From: Hyalangium minutum
Lineage (GTDB): Bacteria; Myxococcota; Myxococcia; Myxococcales; Myxococcaceae
Direction: 5' to 3'
Assembly (NCBI RefSeq): GCF_000737315.1
Contig: NZ_JMCB01000031.1
Span: 20,808-84,807 of the forward strand
Length of the DNA: 64,000 nucleotides
The position numbers and the translations under genes are program-made. The notes beneath the pieces were generated by a model. That model was not told the DNA's origin and did no database searches. It was given only the letters and a program-made list of their open reading frames with translations. Below, piece by piece: positions 57,192 to 64,000 of the stretch (the stretch's first letter is position 1; every line of letters starts with the position of its first letter).

Positions 57192-57210
57192 CCTCGGACC
57201 CGTTCCGAGG
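57192..57210 (+). terminator. Hairpin just after the mutase gene
   Basis: CCTCGGA/TCCGAGG stem; no U-tract. Confidence 0.35.
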
Positions 57211-57308
57211 TGATGTGCCGCTCAGATTTGAACGTTCCATGGCGGACGAGGCTCGACGCCGGGGCCAGATTCGCCACGATACGGTGGCAGCCCAAGCTCG
57301 AGCCCCCT

Positions 57309-59942
57309 GTGGACCCCCAAGCGCTCATTGATGCCACCCGAGGGGCGCTGTCGTACTCGCGCGAAACCTTCAACGCGATCGCCAGCGCATGCCCCCTGGC
57401 CCTCATGATTCTGGATGCACGGGGCCGTGTGCAGTTCTGGAACTCCGCCGCGGAGCGGATCTTCGGTTGGAGCAAAAACGAAGTACTCGGGCGCTTCCTG
57501 CCCAGCATTCCCGAGGACCGCCGCGAGGAGTTCATCACCAACCTCCAGCGGATCTTCGAGCACCGCGAGATTCGGGGCGTGGAGACGAAGCGGCTCACCC
57601 GGGACCGAGGGCCCATCGAGGTCCAGCTCTGGGCCAACCTCATCGAGCTGCCGGATGGGCAGAAGTTCTGCCTGACGCTCATCTCGGATGTGTCGCAGCT
57701 GCGGCGGCTCGCGCGGCAGAACACGCTGCAGCTGGAGCTCAGCCGCCTGCTGGCCGACGCCACGGTGCTGGACACGGCCCTCTCCGAGTGCCTGCACGCC
57801 ATCTGCCGAGGCATGGACTGTCAGGTGGGGCAGCTGTGGATGCTCGAGCCCGGCACCCAGGCCCTGCGCCTCCAGGCCTTTCACAGCATCTCGCCTGGCG
57901 GCGAGGACGCCTTCACCCGGCGGAGCGCCACGCTCTCCTTCCGCCTCGGAGAGGGGCTGCCCGGGCAGGTGTGGCAGAACCGGCGTCCCTTCTTCATGGC
58001 TGAGCTGAACCAGGCCGGCACCTTCCTCCGGCAACCCGAGGCCGTGGAGGTGGGCCTCCGCGCGGGCGGGGCCTTCCCCATCGAGTTCGGCGGGCAGTTC
58101 GTCGGGGTCATGGAGTTCTTCCGCACCGCGCCCTTCCCGGAAGAGGAGGCTCCCTGTGAGCTGCTCGAGTCCCTGGGGCGGCAGCTGGGCCAGTTCGCCG
58201 AGCGGCTCCGTCACAGTGCCGAGCGTGAGCAGGCGCGCCGGGCCGCGGAGGCCGCCGCGGAGGAGGCCCAGCGTCAGGCCGCCCGGCTGCGGCTGCTCGC
58301 GGAGACCTCCTCCATCCTCTCCTCCTCGCTGGACTTCGCCCAGACGCTCGAACAACTCACGAAGCTCCTCGCCCCCACCCTCGCGGATGCGTGCTCGGTC
58401 TCCATCCTCACGGTGGAGGGAAAGCTCGAGCGGGTCGCCGAGGCCGCGCTGGATGACGAAGTGGTGCGGGCCATGGCGGCATTCCGGGCGGCGAGAGCGC
58501 CCCAGGAGGCCACTCACCCGATGGCGGAGGTGGTCCAGACGAAGCAGGCCCGCCTGTTCAAGGACTACGCGAGCGCCGTCACCCAGCGGCTCCCCGCGGA
58601 CCACCCGTATACTGTCTTCATCCGCTCACTCCGCTTGCACCACGCGATCCTCGTGCCGTTGATGCGCGGCGAGCGGATGATTGGCGTGTTGGCGCTCGCG
58701 ACGCTGGCCCACACGGGGCGGACGCTCACCGAGGAGGACTTCACGCTGGCCACCGCTATCGCCGAGCGGGCCGCGGTCGCCATCGAGAACGCGCAACTGC
58801 ACGAGCGGGCGCTCGAGGCGGACCGGCGAAAAGACGAGTTCCTGGCGATGCTGGGCCACGAGCTGCGCAACCCGCTGGCGCCCATCCGCACCGCCCTGGA
58901 GCTCATGCGGCTGCGCGCCGGCGACGTCGCTTTCCGCCGGGAGCGGCAGGTCATCGAGCGGCAGACGGAGCACATGCAGCGGCTGGTGAATGACCTGCTC
59001 GACGTGGCGCGCATCACCCGGGGCAAGCTCCAGCTGAACCGTGAGCCGCTGGAGCTCTGGAGCATCATCTCCCGCGCCCTCGAGATGGTCGGTCCCCTCC
59101 TGGAGGCGAAGCGGCACACGCTGCACGTGGAGGTGCCGAAATCAGGGCTGCGGCTCTCGGGGGATCGCCACCGGCTCGCGCAGGTGTTCTCCAACCTCCT
59201 GTCCAACGCCGCGCGCTACACCGACACCGGCGGCCGCATCGAGCTGAGCGCCGAGCGCCAGGGGGACACCCTCCGGGTGCGGGTGCGGGACAATGGGCGG
59301 GGCATCGAACCCGCGCTGCTGCTGCGCATCTTCGACTTGTTCGTGCAGGGCACCGACACGGCCGCGCGCCAGGAGGGCGGACTGGGCATTGGACTGGCCC
59401 TGGTCAAGAACCTGGTGGAGCTGCACGGCGGAGAGGTCAGCGCCTCCAGCCTGGGGGCGGGCCAAGGCAGCGAGTTCGTGGTCCGGCTGGCGCTGCTGGA
59501 CGCCTCCTCGCGGCCCGCTCCCCGCGAAGAGGCCCCCGAGCTGCGCCGCAGCGAGCGCCGCGCGAAGCTCCTGCTCGTCGACGACAACCGCGAGGCCGCC
59601 GAGGCGCTCACGGAGGCGCTGTCGCTGCTGGGCTATGAAGTGCGGGCGGCCTTCGACCCCGCCGAGGCGCTCCGCGAGGCCCAGGGCTTCGCCCCCGAGC
59701 TCGCCATCTGCGATCTCGGCCTGCCCGTGATGGATGGCTACGAGCTGGGGCGCCGGCTCAAGCAGCTCCGCCCTGGCCAGCCGCTGGGACTCGTCGCGCT
59801 GACGGGCTACGGGCAGGAAGAGGACCACTCGCGCTCTCGCGAGGCGGGGTTCCACGCCCACCTGGTGAAGCCCGTCGAGCTGAGCACCCTGCTCTCCACG
59901 CTGTCGCGCGTCCTGGGGGAAATGCCAGCCGCGAGTCCGTGA
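57309..59942 (+). CDS. Hybrid sensor kinase PAS-GAF-GAF-HisKA-HATPase-REC
   Basis: [40 protein letters not shown]...[14 protein letters not shown] start at 57309 is preferred over 57210. Confidence 0.93.
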   Translation: MDPQALIDATRGALSYSRETFNAIASACPLALMILDARGRVQFWNSAAERIFGWSKNEVLGRFLPSIPEDRREEFITNLQRIFEHREIRGVETKRLTRDRGPIEVQLWANLIELPDGQKFCLTLISDVSQLRRLARQNTLQLELSRLLADATVLDTALSECLHAICRGMDCQVGQLWMLEPGTQALRLQAFHSISPGGEDAFTRRSATLSFRLGEGLPGQVWQNRRPFFMAELNQAGTFLRQPEAVEVGLRAGGAFPIEFGGQFVGVMEFFRTAPFPEEEAPCELLESLGRQLGQFAERLRHSAEREQARRAAEAAAEEAQRQAARLRLLAETSSILSSSLDFAQTLEQLTKLLAPTLADACSVSILTVEGKLERVAEAALDDEVVRAMAAFRAARAPQEATHPMAEVVQTKQARLFKDYASAVTQRLPADHPYTVFIRSLRLHHAILVPLMRGERMIGVLALATLAHTGRTLTEEDFTLATAIAERAAVAIENAQLHERALEADRRKDEFLAMLGHELRNPLAPIRTALELMRLRAGDVAFRRERQVIERQTEHMQRLVNDLLDVARITRGKLQLNREPLELWSIISRALEMVGPLLEAKRHTLHVEVPKSGLRLSGDRHRLAQVFSNLLSNAARYTDTGGRIELSAERQGDTLRVRVRDNGRGIEPALLLRIFDLFVQGTDTAARQEGGLGIGLALVKNLVELHGGEVSASSLGAGQGSEFVVRLALLDASSRPAPREEAPELRRSERRAKLLLVDDNREAAEALTEALSLLGYEVRAAFDPAEALREAQGFAPELAICDLGLPVMDGYELGRRLKQLRPGQPLGLVALTGYGQEEDHSRSREAGFHAHLVKPVELSTLLSTLSRVLGEMPAASP

Positions 59943-60015
59943 CAGAGGTGAATGTGCCGCTCCGGCGTGGTAATCCGGGGCTCCCTGTTTCAAGAACCGC
60001 TCCGAGGTCCACGCG

Positions 60016-60531
60016 ATGGAGATGCTCTGCACCCTGCGCAGCGCGACGGAGGCCCAACACCAGGCGCTGGTGAAGGCGCCAGAGCGGCTGCAGGACTTCC
60101 TGGACGACGAGGAGGACTTCAGCGACCTGCAGGGCGTGAGGTTCCTGGAGCTCGACATCGGCGAGTCGTGGCATGGCCTGCAGTACCTGATGACGGGAAC
60201 GCCCTGGGAGGGCACCGCCCCGCTGGACTTCCTGGTGCGCGGCGGCGAGGACGTGGGCGACATCCCCTCGGATGAGGGCACGGCGCGCATCTTCAAGCCG
60301 GCGGAGGTGAAGAAGCTCTCCGAGGCGTTGCATGCCCTCTCCCAGGACACGCTGAAGCGCCGCTTCGACGCGGGAACGATGCAGGAGCTCGACATCTACC
60401 CGGGCCACTGGGACGACCCGCCGGAGGATGAGGATCCGCTGGAGGAGCTCGTCAGCTACTTCGCGGAGCTGCGCAAGTTCGTGAGCCAGGTGGCGCAGCG
60501 CGGGCACTCGCTGCTGGTGCACATCGGCTGA
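60016..60531 (+). CDS. YfbM/DUF1877 family protein
   Basis: LDIGESWHGLQYLMTG, DIYPGHW, YFAELRKF. Confidence 0.88.
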   Translation: MEMLCTLRSATEAQHQALVKAPERLQDFLDDEEDFSDLQGVRFLELDIGESWHGLQYLMTGTPWEGTAPLDFLVRGGEDVGDIPSDEGTARIFKPAEVKKLSEALHALSQDTLKRRFDAGTMQELDIYPGHWDDPPEDEDPLEELVSYFAELRKFVSQVAQRGHSLLVHIG

Positions 60532-60541
60532 CGCCCCGGCA

Positions 60542-61309
60542 TCAGCCCGTGAGCAGGTCCCGGCCGAGCTTCAGCACGAGCGCTGCTACCACCAAGAGCA
60601 CCACCTTGCGCACGAGCCGGTCCCCCCCCTTCACCGTGAGGTGGGCGCCAATCCACGCGCCGGTGAACTGGGCCGCAGCCATGGGCAGCGCCACGTGCCA
60701 CAGCACCTTGCCACTCCACGCGAAGAGCACCACGGCGGCGATGTTGGAGGCGAAGTTCACCACCTTGGCATCCGCGGAAGCGCGCAGCAGCCCGTGGCCC
60801 AGCAGCGTGGAGAAGCCCACGATGAGGAAGGTGCCCGTTCCCGGGCCGAAGAAGCCGTCGTAGGCCCCGATGACGAAGGCCACCGCACCTCCGAGCAGCC
60901 GGAGCCGGGCCAGCGGAGGCTCAGGCCTGTCTCCTGGTGGCGGCCCCTTGCGGAAGGCCAGGAAGGCAGCCACCGCGACGAGCAGCACGAGCACCAGCGG
61001 CTTGAGCACCTCGGGTTTCACCCAGAGCACGAGCCGCGTGCCCGCGAATGCGCCCATCAGCCCGAGCGGAAAGGACACCCAAGCCAGCCGGCCGCTCACC
61101 AGGCGAGCGCGTGCGTAGCGCACCAGCGCCGAGAAGGACCCGAAGACGGACTGGCCCTTGTTGGTGCCCAGCGCGTAGTGCGCGGGCATGCCGGTGGCCA
61201 GGAGCATGGGCAGGGTGATGAGCCCGCCTCCCCCCGCGATGGCATCCACCCCTCCCGCCACGAAGGCCGAGAAGCACAGCAAGGCGAGTTCCAGGCCAGT
61301 CACTTCCAC
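60542..61309 (-). CDS. TSUP (TauE/SafE) family transporter
   Basis: DAIAGGGGLI, ALGTNK, YDGFFGPGTG, AKVVNFASN. Confidence 0.92.
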   Translation of the reverse strand: MEVTGLELALLCFSAFVAGGVDAIAGGGGLITLPMLLATGMPAHYALGTNKGQSVFGSFSALVRYARARLVSGRLAWVSFPLGLMGAFAGTRLVLWVKPEVLKPLVLVLLVAVAAFLAFRKGPPPGDRPEPPLARLRLLGGAVAFVIGAYDGFFGPGTGTFLIVGFSTLLGHGLLRASADAKVVNFASNIAAVVLFAWSGKVLWHVALPMAAAQFTGAWIGAHLTVKGGDRLVRKVVLLVVAALVLKLGRDLLTG

Positions 61310-61435
61310 GGTCAGACCCACCTCCGCGCGGGCGGCGCCCCAGTACCACGCTGGCCCGCCCGGCGTCTTGCTTGCGCCCCGGCACATCCTGAGCGTCAAT
61401 CCCTCCTGTCACCGTCCTGCTCCCTGAGGCCCCCC

Positions 61436-62245
61436 GTGTCCGCTCCGCTCCTTCCACTCGTGCTCGTGCTGCTGACGCAGGTGCCCGGCTCGGACCCCTC
61501 GGGGCCCAACTGCCGCTCCATCGATGGACAGATCGCCTGTGGCTACGCATGCAAGTCGGATGGGCTCCGGGTGCGCTGTGCCCAGACGCCCCAGGGCCGC
61601 TGCCAGGTGATGGATGGGCAGGTGGTGTGCTTCGACCCGCCCGCCTATGTCGTCCGGGCCTATGGCGGCTCGCTGCCCGAGGCCGAGTGCAAGGCCGGTG
61701 AGGGCGAGGTCGCCTGCGGCTATGCCTGCACGACGTACTTCGGGAAGCTCAAGTGCGCGCGCACCCCCGCGGGCGTGTGCCGGGGCCGGGGAGAGGCGGT
61801 GGAGTGCTTCGATCCTCCAGCCTCGGTGTTCGCCATCTACGGCCGTGAGACGCCCAAGATGGAGTGCAAGACCCAGGGCATGGACTTCGCGTGCGGCTAC
61901 CGTTGCCTGGCGGGCTCCGAGGGCGTGAAGTGCGCCACCACCCCGTTCGGGGTCTGCAAGACCGAGGGCGGCCGGGTCACCTGCTTCGACCCCAAGCCCG
62001 AGGCCATCTGCGCCTTTGGCCGCTCCCTGCCGCCCCCCCAGTGCAAGAGCAGCGAGGGCACTGCGGTCTGTGGCTACTCGTGCGCCTCGGCGTATGGGCG
62101 GGTGGTCTGCGCCTCGACCCCGAAGGGCGTATGCAAGGTCTTCGACAGCGAGGTGCGCTGCTTCGACCCGCCGAGCACCCTGGAGGCGGACGCCTCGTGC
62201 CTGGCCATGCTGGGGCTGGCGGTGCTGGAGGGCGGCAAACCGTAG
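61436..62245 (+). CDS. Secreted protein with four 6-Cys repeats
   Basis: Signal-like N-terminus; four copies of C-x8-CGYxC-x8-CAxTPxGxC-x8-CFDP. Confidence 0.85.
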   Translation: MSAPLLPLVLVLLTQVPGSDPSGPNCRSIDGQIACGYACKSDGLRVRCAQTPQGRCQVMDGQVVCFDPPAYVVRAYGGSLPEAECKAGEGEVACGYACTTYFGKLKCARTPAGVCRGRGEAVECFDPPASVFAIYGRETPKMECKTQGMDFACGYRCLAGSEGVKCATTPFGVCKTEGGRVTCFDPKPEAICAFGRSLPPPQCKSSEGTAVCGYSCASAYGRVVCASTPKGVCKVFDSEVRCFDPPSTLEADASCLAMLGLAVLEGGKP

Positions 62246-62319
62246 GGCGTGGCCGCTCGGTCGCTTGGTTCGGAGGGGCGGTGGCGGTAGGGTGTGACTC
62301 CGAAGGAGCGAGACCGCGC

Positions 62320-64000
62320 ATGGCGGAGGGAGACGTCCGGCAGTACTTCATCCGCAACGACAAGGGCACCCTGTGGGGCCCGCTGACCCTGCCCACCATC
62401 GAGCTGCTCCTCGATAATGGTGTCATCCAGGGCCGGGTGCAGGTGTCCGAGGACGGGCTCCACTTCGCCTTCCCGGGCCGCTTCCCGCACATCCGCGATG
62501 CCTTCCCGCGAGAGCTCTGGGGAGACGTGATTGCCCCGGGCGAGACCGTGCAGATGGCTCGGACGGAGGTGCCCCCGGAGATGATGGGGCAGAGCGCTCC
62601 GCCCCCAGGGGCTCCCGCTCCCATCGCTGGTGCCGCGCCCGCAGCGGGCCCCGGTGCCGTCGCTCAGGCCACAGCGCCCCGGTCGGCCCCCGCCCAGCCT
62701 GCCGCGCTCCGGCCGAGTTCGGGTGCCATTCCTCCGGTGGGTGCGCCCCGGCCGGGCCCGGGTGGTGCGCCCCAGGCGGGTGTGCCCATGGCGGGTTCCG
62801 GTGTGCACCCTGCCGCAGTCCCCCCGGGTGCCATGCCGGGCAGGCCCTCTGGGAGCTTCCGTCCTGTCGGTGCTCCCGGTGCGGTACCCCAGGCGCCTCA
62901 GCCTGCGGTTCCGGGAGCTCCGGTGGCGGGTGCCGCCCCGAGGCCTCCCCACGTAGCGGCGCCCTCGGGTGCCCACGCCGCGGTGGCGCCCTCGAGGCCC
63001 TCATCCACTGCCACTGCGGTCGTCCCGGGTGCGGCCCCTACCGCTCCAGCTCCCGCGGCAGCCGTGAGTGCCTCGACGCCCTCGATTCCCGCGCCTCCCG
63101 CGCGTGGCACGATCGAGCAGCTCTCGCCCATCGCCCTCTACGGCCGCATCTCGGCGGGGACCCTCACGGGGCTGCTCACGCTCCAGCTGCCGGACCGCAC
63201 CATCCTGCTCCACTTCCGCAAGGGCAGCCCCGAGTACGTCGACTCGTCGCATCCCGAGGATGCCCTCGGCACGATGCTCCTCCAGGCGAAGCTGCTCTCC
63301 GCCGAGCAGCTCCAGCAGGCCGAGGGCGCTCGCGATCGCTTCGGTGGGGACCTGGTTGCCGCGCTGTTCGGCCTGGGGCTGCTGCAGCCGGCCAACACCT
63401 TCAACCACCTCACCCAGCGCGCGCTCTCCATCCTCCACAAGGGCCTGCGCGCGGAGTCCGGCACCTTCTCCTATGAGGCCAAGGAGCTGCCGGCGGCGAA
63501 GGCCATGCCGCTCGGCAACCGCTGGGCGGTGTTGGGCGAGCAGGTCCGCCGCATTCCCACGGTGGACCTCAAGCGGCGCCTGCAACCGGTGCTGAACCTT
63601 CCGATCATGAAGGCGGAAGGCGTGGCGGCCCCGAGCGATTTGCGCCTCACGCCTCACGAGGTCCGCGTGCTCACCGTCATCGACGGCGTGCGCTCCATCG
63701 CGCAGCTGCTCGTGGACCTGCCCCAGGACCAGGACCACATCCTGCGGCTCGCGTTCCTCCTGAAGGAGCTCGACGCCGTCTCCTTCGCGGCCGTTTCCCA
63801 GCGCGCCCCGGAGCCGAAGGCCGCCGCGCCCAACCCTGCTGCGGCCGCGCCCAACCCTGCCGCTGCAGCCGCTGCCGCTGCGCCCAGGCCCGCCGCGCCC
63901 GCGCCTGCGCCCACTGCAGCCGCTGCGCCCAAGCCTGCCCCTGCGGCACCCGCGCCTGCGCCCGCCACGGCCGCTGCGCCCAGGCCCGCCACGGCTGCAC
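62320..64000 (+). CDS. Partial CDS: GYF_2-like N-terminus, Pro/Ala linker, DUF4388/PATAN-like domain
   Basis: [14 protein letters not shown]; TGLLTL...[13 protein letters not shown]...GTFSYE. The frame stays open to the window edge, so it is absent from the ORF track. Confidence 0.8.
   Translation, partial: MAEGDVRQYFIRNDKGTLWGPLTLPTIELLLDNGVIQGRVQVSEDGLHFAFPGRFPHIRDAFPRELWGDVIAPGETVQMARTEVPPEMMGQSAPPPGAPAPIAGAAPAAGPGAVAQATAPRSAPAQPAALRPSSGAIPPVGAPRPGPGGAPQAGVPMAGSGVHPAAVPPGAMPGRPSGSFRPVGAPGAVPQAPQPAVPGAPVAGAAPRPPHVAAPSGAHAAVAPSRPSSTATAVVPGAAPTAPAPAAAVSASTPSIPAPPARGTIEQLSPIALYGRISAGTLTGLLTLQLPDRTILLHFRKGSPEYVDSSHPEDALGTMLLQAKLLSAEQLQQAEGARDRFGGDLVAALFGLGLLQPANTFNHLTQRALSILHKGLRAESGTFSYEAKELPAAKAMPLGNRWAVLGEQVRRIPTVDLKRRLQPVLNLPIMKAEGVAAPSDLRLTPHEVRVLTVIDGVRSIAQLLVDLPQDQDHILRLAFLLKELDAVSFAAVSQRAPEPKAAAPNPAAAAPNPAAAAAAAAPRPAAPAPAPTAAAAPKPAPAAPAPAPATAAAPRPATAA

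Overview
High-GC myxobacterial chromosome segment (Myxococcales, Cystobacterineae-like gene content) with about 50 CDSs. I found no rRNA, tRNA, CRISPR array or transposase. All family calls come from motif recognition by eye; no searches were run. The core-type backbone comprises RsmE, a probable frgA-(extra gene)-frgB-frgC locus, SlyD, an acyl/propionyl-CoA carboxylase plus methylmalonyl-CoA mutase cluster, an M4 protease, a site-2 protease, a Ser/Thr kinase and a hybrid sensor kinase. An accessory stretch at about 14.7-33 kb holds the most interesting systems. (1) A compact class IV lanthipeptide locus: a 69-aa NHLP-like precursor ending in (C-x-W-T)x3, an internal terminator hairpin, and a lyase-kinase-Zn-cyclase synthetase. 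(2) A translationally coupled three-gene operon: unknown Cys-motif protein, MftB/RRE-MftC-like radical SAM fusion with a truncated SPASM domain, and an FGE-sulfatase-fold protein, with no short precursor gene. (3) A full-length plant-type methionine S-methyltransferase whose PLP domain retains the Lys. (4) A degenerate PRMT-like methyltransferase and an internally deleted DMT pseudogene.
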